This document shows, one piece after another, positions 16,319 through 28,242 of a DNA stretch of 64,000 nt. Under the pieces are notes generated by a model that was not told the origin of the DNA, searched no databases, and was given only the letters and a program-made list of their open reading frames with translations. Both the position numbers and the translations under genes were made by a program. Each line of letters begins with the position of its first letter. Positions within the stretch are counted from its first letter, which is position 1. The stretch comes from Marsupella aquatica (Eukaryota; Plantae; Marchantiophyta), in contig OZ316892.1 in assembly GCA_973895155.1 (NCBI GenBank), forward strand, positions 1,254,917 through 1,318,916. Reading direction: 5' to 3'.

Positions 16319-17139
16319 CGTTCCCCAACCCAACTAGTGCAATGATTTAGTCTCACGGGAGAGAAGCGACTCCCTGCTTCGCCTCTGCGTGTAAATATTG
16401 GCCCAGATCTCTCAAAACCACGTCCACAGTTTTGTAATAGATCTAATTCCCCAAGATCTGATTTGGATTCCTCGTGGGTCTGCCAAAGGGAGGTGTCTTC
16501 CGAATTCCAGATCCCATGTGCCAAAGCCAGACGTCCGTTCCGATGCCAACAGAAATTGCCTCCGCTGATCAAACTGTGTATCGAAGGAACAAAACAATCA
16601 ATTTCCTCGAACTCCTTTCAATCTGAACGAAATCCAGCCCACCAAAGTATCGCAACTCACTCTAGAAATGACGCCCACCGCAACCAACTGATCCCACAAT
16701 CAATTGCTCGCTGCTCTGCCTGATTGATTGATTGCTACCGATCCGTAACTCCACTGAGCGGTCCGCACTAAAAGTATGGTCAATTTCTCGCTCTCTGAAC
16801 CGCCTAAGCACGCTGATTGAAACTGAAGGGGGCACGCGTACAGCACTATTGTAGTTGTGTAGTTGTGTAGCTGCGAGCTTGCGGCTTGGCGTCGAGGTGT
16901 TGGACACGCGTGGTGTCGAGGTGACGGAATTTGATGAGTCAGAGGAAGCTCTCGACAGGTTGCATGAAATTACTTGTAGACACGAGTCTTTCGGCTTGCT
17001 TTCGGGTTGCTTGGGTGGAAAGGATACGGTACCTATGTAGCAATTCTCTTTGCCATGAAAAGCAAGGATTATTAGGGACTCTCGAAGCCTGGTTTTAAAG
17101 AGCCACTAGCCATGACAAAAATCTCACATTTCATTCATT

Positions 17140-17720
17140 TCTAGTACTTTTTAAAATTAGCCTCACCTATCCCTTCTTTGAACATGAATAGGGGAGAGTC
17201 CAATAAAAATATAACCAAAGTATATTTACTATTCACATTCTTTGAAGGTTAACGTAATGATAAAAAAAATCATCATGCATGTCACCATTTTATTATACAT
17301 AACATACCATCTTCCTTTCTATGCACATATGTTATGGTGGGCCATAGAGTCCATTTTTTGAATGTAAATAGAATTATGACAAAAAGCATGCATGATTATC
17401 CTTTTACATACACCATAGACATGAGTTTCCCCATCCACATGGTGGATATATGATTAGCATATAATGTACATCATAGCCATGAGTTTTCCCATCACATGGT
17501 GGGCCATGGAGTTATGATCTAGAGGCTTCACTCGAGAAGCCTAGGCCCCAACTCTAGTATGTAATTGGCACTTTTATAAGTAAGAAAGATTGTGAAGCAA
17601 AGTCTCATGGTAGAGGGGAGGAATATGAAAAAGGGAGAAGTCTTGGACACTTCTCCTTTTATGCGGCCAATGGTGGTGTTGCCCCCCACTTTATAAGGGC
17701 ATCTCAAAGCTTGAAAATTA
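17140..17720 (+). repeat. Dispersed AT-rich repeat family 1, copy 1 (MITE-like or other non-autonomous element)
   Basis: Blocks such as ttctttgaacatgaatag, tatatttactattc, tatgcacatatgttatggtg and ctagaggcttcactc recur in reverse complement at about 39150-39600 and 48940-49235. Boundaries approximate. Confidence 0.65.
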
Positions 17721-18427
17721 TGCATGATGGCTATGGGCCATAAAATAATGTTCATAACTTTTTCACAAGGTTAGGTACAAGTGTTTTTTTCCTCACTAGC
17801 CTCTACAGCTGATCATAGCATACCTCCAATCTTCATGGCAAAAAGTTATTGACCATTACTGGATTTATGTGTCCGTAACACATAAGTACCGAGTTAAAGG
17901 TTCATCAAATTTGAGAAGTTCTATTGGTTCTCTTCCATAAGTACAGAGTTAAAAGTCCTTCAAATTTTGAGCTTTCAAATGCACTATTGGGTCTTGGCTT
18001 GTCTTCAAGTGGGGTGCTTTTGTTCCTTGGCAGTGTTCTTGGGACGTTGTTGAAAGTTATGCATTTGTGGTCCATCTTGTAACTCGGGTTATGGGACATA
18101 GTTAAGGAATTTAAGAAATGCCGGGATGTAGCATTGAGTCGCCCCATAAGGAAGGAATTACAGCCTCACCTCTCTCTCATAACATATCTCATTTTCCCTT
18201 TATTCTTGATCAACTACCACCTCAAATGCAACAGTAATCACCATGTAACACACAAAGCCCATGTGCCTTCAATTGTGTGGGTTTATGGAGTTGGGGCATC
18301 CTGGATTTCCAGATTTCTGCCTAAAGTTGCAGGTTAATGTCTAGAGCCCGCAGGCTTGCCTTACTCTAGTCAAAGATAAGCTCCCATATTTTTACAAACA
18401 TTCTGTAATACTTGAGTTACAGAAAGG

Positions 18428-18790
18428 TGTCATGACCATACGTAGCGTGCTAGACTATGTAGTGTGCTAGCAGAGTCCATACCTTAGATGGGCCGTAGTG
18501 CCTAGTTAGGAGTCTGGTTCCATGGTAGAGGGTTAGAGGGGGTGCCTTGTTGAGGGTGAATCCTCTAGTAGGACCCGCCCTCAGGGTTGGAGGGTATAGT
18601 GTGGAGAGGCTCAAAGGACGGTTAGTTCTTTGAGTTGAGCCTTTGGCGTTGAGAGAGCCTTGGTAGTGAGTGGAGCTCCTTGGCTATGGTGTCCCGTTAG
18701 CTTCGACCTAGATTCTCCAGTGGAGTGGGTTTGGCTTGACTGTGTGTGTTCTTACGCGTTTTTATGACAGTATGTCTTTCATGGATTTCA
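18428..18790 (+). repeat. Split direct repeat A1 (363 bp)
   Basis: Matches 27919-28242 apart from a 38-bp deletion in A2, about 7 substitutions and three small indels. Confidence 0.95.
18595..18634 (+). promoter_or_regulatory. Putative element promoter: TATA-like TATAGT at 18595 and inferred TSS/self-primer AGTTCTTTGAG at 18624-18634
   Basis: The 11-mer starts 29 nt downstream of the TATA-like motif and is the exact reverse complement of 18791-18801. Confidence 0.6.
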
Positions 18791-18801
18791 CTCAAAGAAC
18801 T
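18791..18801 (+). other. Putative self-priming primer-binding site (CTCAAAGAACT)
   Basis: Abuts the 3' end of A1; perfectly complementary to 18624-18634; no TGG-type tRNA PBS is present here. Confidence 0.75.
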
Positions 18802-21800
18802 CGTAGTGATCGATTGTAACTTCGATCAGAGATCAGTAGGATCTGGTAGGCTGTTTGATAGCATCAGCCGTGGATACATTGTGGTTCGTGGATCTGGTGC
18901 GTGTATGGGTGGGGAAGAAGCGCGTTGCTGAGAGCTTTCCAACGCACTAAAGATCGCCTGGTTTGGTCGAGCGAGTTGGAAGTAATCAAAGAATGAAGAA
19001 TCTGGTTCGTGTTCGACGGTTTTTTAGATTTGGAAAGCTTGAGTGCGGAAGCTCTGTTGGAAGTCATCCAGATCGGGTGAGAGGTTTCTGATGTTGATCC
19101 TTGTCTGATTCGCAACATCAATTCAATCGTGTAGAACTATTTAGCTCTAGTGTGTGGAGCGAATTGTTGTTTAGAGAGGGACCGTTGCAGATTTTTGTAT
19201 TGATGAATCTATGCGGAAGCGCTGCCGGATTTCAATGCGTTGGTAGTAGATCTGGATGACAGAGTGCAGATCTGTGTTGTGTGATCAGTGGCGCGAAAGC
19301 GCTATCCTAGTTGTGGCTCATAGATCGTGAGCGAAAGCGCTGTGCAACTTCAGAAATGTATAGGCCGAAATGTTGTCCGATTTTTAGCTTGAAGTACAGA
19401 CCTCAGTTGTAGTTGATTTCTTGTGGAGAGATAGCTATGGTGGCCAATTGAATTCTGGTCCAGACAGATTCATTTTCCGCCGAGGATTCATGGAGTAATC
19501 AGAGATCTAAATTTTGCGGACTAGCTCAAGGCCTGGCTATGGTGGATAGCGAACCTGCATGTTGGGGGCGCTTTTCTCGTAGCGTAGCATGGCGGAGCGA
19601 GTCGGGGCGAAAGGGGCATGTCTCGAGCATTTCTTGGCGTTTTGAGGCTTCGAGGCAACTCGTGGTAGCTCGGGGCGAGTGGGCGTGAGAGGCGGAGAAA
19701 AGGAGCAAGCTTGCTTGCTTGGGCGTGAGATAGTTTTGCAGATTTGTGAGTAGTTCTGTGAGTATTGTGTTGCATAACTGGTCACCCATCTTTGCACTAT
19801 TCTGCCTGCAAGACGCTTAACTGGCAGGTTTGCATTTTGCTAGTGTATAGACTGCCTTAGAGGAATTGGTGTAATATTTGGACGTTTTCCCCCATATATG
19901 CATCGTTTTAGGTTGCGTTAGGACCCATTTTGGGATTCCTAGCGGATGGTGGTGGATAGCGTTTCCATGTAGGTGACATTATCAAGTGCTGGGAGTGCGA
20001 GGAGCACGTCATAGACTACTAGCGGAGTAGCTACATTGCGTTAGGATTGTGTGGTTTGTTTTGTGGATTCAAGGGGCGCCACGGTTGGTGGATTGTGTTA
20101 ACTTGATTTATGTTTTGTATTTCATTTGCGATTGGAGGGTTGTCGTTGGACTTCCTGTGTTTGGATCCCCTCCATTGCTGCTTCTTGCTTGCGCGCCCAT
20201 TGTTAGGGCTGACGCTGATTTCCGAAGTAGTTTTACTCCAGTGTGCTGTCGGTAGTGAGGCTGGAGTGATGACCAATCAGACTACCTATGTTTCTCTCAC
20301 GGTGAGACTGGAGTAATGACCAGTAGACCATGGGAGGTTGCTTGTGGTGATGACAGGTTAGGTTGCCCACACCCATGTAGCTATTAGGGCTAGAGTAATA
20401 CGGCGACATCGACGTTACTTGGTTAATTAGTGGTGGTGATTTGGTGGTGGTGCTATTGCGGCTTGTCATCATGGAGCAGTTTGGTGGTCCTGTTGGGGAC
20501 CTTGGTGCTGACACTGGTGGTTTTACACGGAGTGGATTGAGGTATCGGCTACCTTTTCCACTACCATTAGTTGATGAGGACGAGGACGAGGGTGTCCCAG
20601 ACATCAAGTCTTCAGTTGTATTGTCCAGTATAGCAGCCCCATTGATTTGGGATATGGACGGGATGTACGGGGCCATGAAGGGCCCACAATGTTACTCAAG
20701 GGCAGTGGGCACCATTGAGTTGGAGGACTTCATTCAGGAGTTTGATACATGGTGTGATATGTAGATGTTGTGTAACGCCACGTTATTTACACCTTTCTTG
20801 GCATGGAAGGGGTTGTTTCAGTACTTGGAGGGGCCTCCCATGGATGATTATCATGAGTTCCGGAAGGATCATGCTATTGAGATTGAGGCATGGAGACAAC
20901 ATTGGTCTCCAACCTATGTGTCTATCACTCAGGGTGGTGTTGGTACTAGTGGAGGCACTAGTGGAGGTGCTAGTGGAGGCACCAGTGGAGGCACTAGTGG
21001 GGGCACTAGCGCTCCACCTTCGTTCAGCCCAGTTACAGAGTTCTTCAAGAGGTTGAAGAAGAACTACCAGGGGGTGAAGACAGAGAAGTTGAGGAGTCTT
21101 CAGGATTTTGAGAGAAAGACTGGTGAGAGTCTTCATGAGGCATACACTCGTATGCGGCGTTTGATTTCAGTTACCCAGGGTGTGACCGAGGCACAGGCTG
21201 TCCAGTTCTGGTATGGGATTTTGGACAAAGAGTTGCGGAGGAGGGTACGTGATGCTACTCTGATGAGTGATGATCCACCCACGTTGTCCCGTGTGTTTGT
21301 TTTGGCTGAGAAGATTGAGCTTAACATGGTGGAGGAGAGGGTAGTGACATCTGCATTCAGTAGGGATACAGCCACTACTTCTCGTGTTCAGCCAGCCACT
21401 TTACAGTCTCGTAGTAGTGGTGGTGGTGGTAGTAGTGGGAGTCGTGGAGGTTCGGCACGACCTCAGTTAGGTTCCAGAGGGACGAGTGTGCAGAGACCAT
21501 TGCCTTCATATGCTGCCCAGCAGCAAGGACCAGTGTGTTGGACATGTGGAGGTGATCATGTCCGGAGGGTTTGTCCCCAGGAGAGTGGGGGACGGAGTTT
21601 AGAGGATGGATCTCAGTCAGCCCAGGTGCAGTGTGATCATTGTGGTCAAGCAGGTCATCCTCGAGACCGTTGTTTTGACCTATACCCAGAGTTGAGGATG
21701 GGTGGTCGAGGTCGTGGTGGAGCACCTCAGAGAGGCCGAGGTGGTGGAGGTGGTAGAGGTGGTAGGGGTGGTAGAGGTCCACCAGCAGTTGGAGCGCCTA

Positions 21801-23311
21801 TAGTGGCTGCCCCTCCCCCTACGACAGAGGCTGCTATGGCGGCTAGGATTGAGTAGTTGGAGCAGAGACTTGCTACTATGGCTGGTATTCCACCTCGAGC
21901 AGGTTCGGGAGCAGGGGCTTCCACGTCTTATGGGGGGGATGATCTCTCTTATATGGCAAGTGCGGCACAAGTTGAGGCATCAGTTGCATTGATGAGAGGT
22001 GCAACTAGAGCTTCAGAGCCACGTGGTGCCACTATGGAGTTGGACCCACAGAGGGGTGAGGCTGGGAGGCAGGCTAGGCTTCCCCAGTCATTCTTGTTGT
22101 CAGAGGTGCTTAGGACTCCATCCATGGTTCCTATGAGACTTGTTGAGCCAATAGTGGATACAAGGGCATCTACATCACGTGTAGTAGACACAGATATAGC
22201 CTCTAGTGCAGTGTTGCGGATGGCAACCTCAGTATTAGGATCCTCATTGTTTTCAGCAACTGAGTTGATGGCCTCAGGAGTTGACATGACTCGTGTATTT
22301 CAGCTAGCTAGCACGTTGTGTGAACGTGGGAGTGTTGCTGGCACTACGAGTGCTGAGGTGTGTGAGGGTGTTGTTGTTGAGCAACCCTTAGTGTCAGATG
22401 TTGCATCAAGTACCGATGCTACTTGGCAGGCGGCAGCGGCGAGGATGGATGCATTACCAGCCCGACCAGCCATTGATCGTGAGAGGCTTACACTTGGAGT
22501 ATGTATGTTGGACAACCGGACTGGTGTCTTTCAATTGGTGAGTCCTTCAGGACAGGTGTATAGACCAGAGAGGGTGTTGTTGGACTCTGGTGCCCAACCC
22601 TTGATGTTGGGGAAGGCAGATTGTATTGGTTTGGGTATTCAGAGGTCAGAGTTGGAGCCATGCCCATTCCAGATTCAGACATCACTTGGAGGAGCCAGTG
22701 ATAGGTCTCACTTCATGACACGGGAGAGGGTGTCAGTGTAGATGAGGCCAGATCATGCGACTGATAGCTCTACATTAGGAGTGACTGTTGTGGTGACATC
22801 AGTAGAGTCGTATGATGTACTAGTTGGAGGTGCAGTGTTGTACCCGGTGGGTTTTCAGATGGACTATTGGACTGAGACAGCAGCCTTTAGACCTGGTTGG
22901 CAGTCTGGTGATGGACGTTTGAGCCAGGTGCCTGTGAGGTTGATTTCTGGGGTTAGACCAGGAGGGACTTCCCCAGAGGTATTGGCATTAGTTGCTGGTT
23001 TTAGTGGAGTGGTCACTTGGCCAGGTGATTTGTTGGAGGGTAACCTCTTAGCCGTGGATTCTCTAGTCTATGAGGAGGTAGAGGAGGTCTTTAGTTTGGC
23101 GGCAGTGGTACCCTCCTTTTTGGATGTTCCACTTTGGAGTTCAAGTGGAGTGTTGAGGCAGAAGGCTGATCATTTGATATCACGGGCTTGGAGTACACCC
23201 TTTGTACGTGTGGAGGTAGAGGAGGCTCCAAGACGAGCTCCTACTGGTGGTCCAGTGGGGTTGTCTCCTTTGGATACAACACCCATTGTTTGGGAGTATC
23301 CACCAGAGGGT

Positions 23312-24260
23312 ATTTGTGTGTTGGACCTCGTTGGTGGGATTAGCACTGATTTGGCTGTAGTGTTGCAGGCCGGGATACCTATGAGGAAGTATTTGTATGT
23401 GGAGAGAGATGAGACCGCGAGGAGGGTTTCATCACGACATCTTGCATTGTTGATGCAGAGATACCCTGAGTTGTTGTCACAATCCGCAATTCGGGGGTAT
23501 CAACGGAGTTTGCCATCAGACATTTCATTGTTGGGGGCGCAAGACCTTGAGAGAGTTGGCCCTATTGATTTGGTGATTGTTGGATGGCCATGTCAGGGAC
23601 ATACTCGGGCTGGTCATAGTGGAGGGTTACGTGACCCTCGTTCTCATATATTTTGGGAGATGTTGCGGGTGTTGCGTCATCTTCAAGTGCATCAGGCACG
23701 TGCTCCAGCTTACATTCTGGAGAATGTCCCTTTGTTGGGTGATACTAGATCTCATGTGATCACGGCTACACATGAGGTACGGTCATGGATTGGGCCAGTT
23801 GTTTTGTTGGATGCAGCGAGGGTGGGCTCGCGTGCACATCATCCACGGTTGTGGTGGACGAACTTGTTACCCAGGGAGCTTTTGAGGCGCGCCTATGATG
23901 CAATCCAACGGCCGCTATCTCTCATCGTGGATAGTATTTTGGATGGTGGACGACGTTCTCAGGTGGTGAGAGCAATGGATAGGTCACCCATGGCAATAGT
24001 GAACCTTGTGGGGCACTCAGCCTAGAATGGCTTTGCCTACATTTGTGAGTTTTCCCTCGTCACATGCCTATAGGGATGGTGGTCCTGGGCTTGTATGGGA
24101 TTCTCATGTGCACCAGTTGGTGGAGCCCAACGCTGATGAGAGAGAGCGTGCTATGGGGTTTCCTACCGGTGTGACATTAGTCTCTTCAGTTTCAGAGGCA
24201 TCACGTCTCTAGGTGTTGGGTCAGGCTATGGACCTGAACTGTTTGACGTGGATTGTGAGC
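23312..24260 (+). other. DNMT3-like C5 cytosine DNA methyltransferase domain within Pol
   Basis: Motifs in canonical order: I VLDLVGGISTDL, II YVERD, III DI, IV DLVIVGWPCQ (PC at 23588-23593), VI YILENV (23720), VIII LDAARVGSRAHHPRLWWTNL, IX ERERAMGFPTGVT, X RL*VLGQAM. Confidence 0.9.
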
Positions 24261-27200
24261 CTTGCAATGGCCGAGCAGCGGAGACTTAGGACCATGTCTA
24301 TGGTTACTTTACCCCTGGTGATGAGCTCGTTGCCTTCCGGGACGGTAGAGGCATCGGCTGGGGGCGAGGAGAGTGGTAGTTTGCATCCTTGGAGTACATG
24401 GGATGTGATGGATGGGCATGTAGAGTTGGTGGCCCATGTTGGTGGAGGAGTTGTTTGCTCAAATGATGGTGTAAAGGAGCATGTGCCATTGTCTAAGGAG
24501 GTGGCATAGCAACCAATGGCGTCGTCCTCTTCCTCTAGTGTACTGGTAGAGGAGACTTGGGAGCCATCACTTGGACCCAAGCTGACAGGAGGTGAATGAC
24601 GATGGTTGACACAATTCCTACGTGCTTATAGGAGTTGTTTTGCCTTTAGCATGAAGGAGTTGGGTGCTTTGGTTGGACCTGGTATACGGATTGATTTGGC
24701 TAGTGATACAGCAATCTTTCGTCGTCCCTACAAATATAGTGATATGGAGAGGGACTTGATTCGGAGTAAGACGTTGGACCTTTGGAGGCTGGATTAGTGG
24801 AGTTGTTGCATGGGGAGTATGCGTCAGCCACTATCATGCCTGCCAAAAAGAATGTGCATGGCAACTACACAGAGAGGCGGATGTGTGGAGATTACCGTCC
24901 TATCAATCGGCAGACAAAGGCCGATAGGTATGCCATGCCCACACCTGAGGAGATCTTTGATGTGGTGGGACATGCAAGGATTTTCAGTACTTTGGATCTT
25001 CGGGAAGGATACCATCAGTTGCCAATTCGAGTGAGTGACAAGGCCAAGATAACATTTTGGGGAGTCAACTCATATGGCAAGGATTGTTTGTATCAGTGGC
25101 GATTCTTACCCTTTGGGTTGAAGAATGCACCTGCCGAGTTTCAGAGAGTGATGGACAGGATCCTAGTAGGATTGGATTTTGTTCGGTGTTACATTGATGA
25201 TATCTTGGTGTTCAGTGATACTGTGGAGGAGCACCAACAACATTTGCAGATTGTGTTTGAGCGATTGAAAGCTCATGGTCTACGTTTACATCCAGGAAAG
25301 TGTAGGTTCTTCCATGAGGATGTTGAGTACTTGGGTCATGTGATCTACCCAAGTGGTTTGGAGGTCCAACAGGCAAAGGTTGAGGCTATTGCACGTATCC
25401 CTTGGCCGACAGATGTGAGTAGAGTTCGGGCATTCATGGGATTGGCGAACTACTATCGGCGATATGTGAAGGGATTTAGTGCTATAGCAAAGCCTTTGAA
25501 CAAGTTGTAGAAGTCTGATCAGGAGTGGCAGTGGGGAGATGACCAGGAGAGAGCTTTTATGGAGCTCAAGACCAAGTTGGTGTCTGCGCCTATCTTGAGG
25601 AGACCTATCAGGGGTTGCCCATTTCAACTGCACACTAATTGGAGTATGTTGGGGATTGGAGTGGTGTTGACACAACATGATGATGAGAACAAGGAGTTTG
25701 TGGTGGCCTATGCAAGTCGTTCAAACAATGCAGCAGAATCAAGCTATGGTTCGTACGAGGGAGAGTGCTTGGCAGCAGTGTGGGTTGTGGCACACTTCAG
25801 GTGTTACTTGTTTGGCACAGAGTTTACCCTTGTTACTGATCACCAATCGCTCAAGTGGTTGATGGAGTCTGATAAGCTTACAGGAAAGCTTGCACGGTGG
25901 GCTCTTATCTTACAGGAGTATGACTTTCAGGTGGTACATAGACCTGGAGTTACCAACCTTGATGCTGATGGGTTGAGTAGGAACCCATGTCCTAGTCAGG
26001 AGGATGATACTGGAGCTAGATGGCATGGAGAGGTTGATGAGGAGATGGTGCCAGGATGGCATGCATCTGCCTTTTTGTGTTTGTTGGGTGTGAACTCTAG
26101 TATGGAGGATCACCTTACACCTTCCTCTAGTCAGAGGGTAGATGGCCAGCCTGCAGATCCGGAGGTTGGAGATGGTGCTACAGATCAGCATGATATTCAT
26201 GATGATGCGTTGGTGTTAGAGTTCCTACAGACCAGTAGGGTGCCAGGCATAGTGAGTGCCAAGGAGCGAGACCGTGTTCTCCAACGGGCTAGGAGGTACT
26301 GATTGGAGGAAACACATGTCCTCCGTGTGTGGGAGGATGGTAGAGTACGAGTGGTACCCCATATAGCTCAGAGAGAGCGCATTGTGCGACATGCTCATGA
26401 GGAGTTGGGATATTTTGGAGTAAAGCGTACGTATAACTTACTTCTTGGTCAATATTGGTGGCGTGGCATGCACACTCAGGTGAAACAGTTGGTGTCACAT
26501 TGTATGGTTTGCGATCGGGTGAGGGCATTGTTCAATGCCCCTACACCACAGTTACACCCCTTACCTATTATGGGGTTGGGTTACCGTTGGAGTTTGGACT
26601 TTGCAGGACCATTACCGTTAACTAGGCGGCATCATCGGTATGTGTTGGTGATGGTGGAGCACTTTTCTAAGTGGATTGAGTTGGTGGCATTACCTGACAA
26701 GGCAAGTGAGGGAACAGCGTATGCATTTCTTGATAGAGTGCTTAGTCATTTTGGTGCACCAGCGGAGGTGTTGACCGACCAGGGTATGGAGTTTCAGGGT
26801 GAGTTTCAGGTCTTGTGTGACAAGGCGTTGATTGATCACCGGACCACATCTCGAGATCATCCAGAGGCGGATGGTTTGGCAGAGCGTGTTGTTCAGACGG
26901 TGAAGAGGGGATTGCACAAGTATGGCCTACAGAAGGGGCATCTTGGAGATTGGGACATTCAGTTGCCATGGTTAGCCATGGGGTATAGGTTCAGTCGTCA
27001 AGCATCCTTGGCTTCCTTCTCACCTTATTTTCTGTTGTACGGCCGAGACCCAAACTTGCCCACAGCAATTCGTCGAGATTCTAGTGAGGTGGTGAACCTT
27101 GATGACCCGGAGGTGTGGCTGAGGGTGTGTTCTCAAAGGGCACAGCTCTTTCAGAGAGTTATGCCAACAGCCTTGGAGAACCTTGCCATTGCTCAACACA

Positions 27201-27493
27201 GAGATACGTTGCGTTATGCAACCATCCGGGGTGGAGGTTATCGACCATCCATTCATAGGTTCCATGTGGGGGACTATGTCTATTTGCAGCAGACTGCACT
27301 GACAACGTTGGATGTGGCGGCAGGACGCACTATCTTACGTGTGAGAGAGGTGTTGGCTTCTGGAGTTCTCATGTTGGAGGGTCGTGATGGTGTTGTTTGG
27401 AAGGACCATGTTCGTAATTGTGCGCCATGTCACCTCCCAAACGTGGATGGTACAGTGGACCCCAGCTTGGCAGTGATACGTGCTAGCTTGAGG

Positions 27494-27628
27494 TGCATGT
27501 TGTGTGAGTCTGCTAGTGAAGCAGCCCGTATGTTGGTTTGTGATAGGTGTTCTAGGGGTTGGCATATGTCATGCTTAACTCCACCTGTTGATGTTGTGCC
27601 TACTGGACGGTGGGTTTGTCCTCGGTGT
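27494..27628 (+). other. PHD finger (C4HC3) at the integrase C-terminus
   Basis: CMLC...MLVCDRC SRGWHMSCLTPPVDVVPTGRWVCPRC matches the PHD consensus. Confidence 0.92.
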
Positions 27629-27795
27629 ACTTAGGAGGTGGATGACTTGATCTTCACATGGTATGGATTGCAGATGGGCAATTAACGATGGGGCAACATA
27701 GCACCCGGCTTTCTGATCCGTGCACCCACAAAGGTGTATAGCATGTAGTAGATGGATAGGGCTACCTGGGAGTTAGAGGGACCTAACCGCCAGTT

Positions 27796-27805
27796 AGGGG
27801 GGCGA
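27796..27805 (+). other. Putative polypurine tract (AGGGGGGCGA) immediately 5' of repeat B1
   Basis: Purine-rich run abutting B1; no such tract precedes A2. Confidence 0.6.
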
Positions 27806-27916
27806 GTTGCGGTACACTGTCTTGTATTTGTGTATGCTCTTGTCCATGTTATGCATGTATGTGAGTATGGCATGACCAGCGATGCATGTTGTATGACGAT
27901 GTGGATTCGCACGACA
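27806..27916 (+). repeat. Split direct repeat B1 (111 bp)
   Basis: Differs from 28243-28353 at 3 positions. Confidence 0.95.
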
Positions 27917-27918
27917 GC

Positions 27919-28242
27919 TATCATGACCATACGTAGCGTGCTAGACTATGTAGTGTGCTAGCAGAGTCCATACCTTAGATGGGCCGTAGTGCCTAGTTAG
28001 GAGTCTGGTTCCATGGTAGAGGGTTAGAGGGGGTGCCCTGTTGAGGGTATAGTGTGGAGAGGCTCAAAGGACGGTTAGTTCTTTGAGTTGAGCCTTTGGC
28101 GTTGGAAGAGCCTTGGTAGTGAGTGGAGCTCCTTGGCTATGGTGTCCCGTTAGCTTCGACCTAGATTCTCCATTGTGGAGTGGGTTTGGCTTGACTATGT
28201 GTGTTCTTACGTGTTTTATGACTGTATGTCTCATGGATTTCA
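27919..28242 (+). repeat. Split direct repeat A2 (324 bp)
   Basis: Copy of 18428-18790; begins TATCATG (A1 has TGTCATG); separated from B1 by a 2-bp GC spacer. Confidence 0.95.

Larger units (their letters stand above)
20471..27634 (+). pseudogene. Disrupted single gag-pol polyprotein (~2390 codons): Gag, aspartic protease, DNMT, RT, RNase H, integrase, PHD
   Basis: Consecutive ORF segments joined across 8 in-frame stops (20762, 21854, 22739, 24210, 24507, 24597, 25508, 26300) and 2 frameshifts (about 24010 and 24781). Zinc knuckles CWTCGGDHVRRVC (21536) and CDHCGQAGHPRDRC (21632); protease LLDSGA (22583); RT RMCGDYRPIN, LPFGLKNAPAEFQR, YIDD (25190); RNase H EGECLAAVW, VTDHQSL; integrase CMVC, WSLDFAG, LTDQG, DGLAER. 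Confidence 0.95.

Noticed and set aside
20762-26302. Programmed stop-codon readthrough or an alternative genetic code in gag-pol
   Set aside because: Stops are numerous, fall inside conserved domains and accompany frameshifts and catalytic-site changes; host genes use standard stops.
20031-27930. Antisense ORFs within the retroelement
   Set aside because: Short shadows of the sense frame with no recognisable domains.
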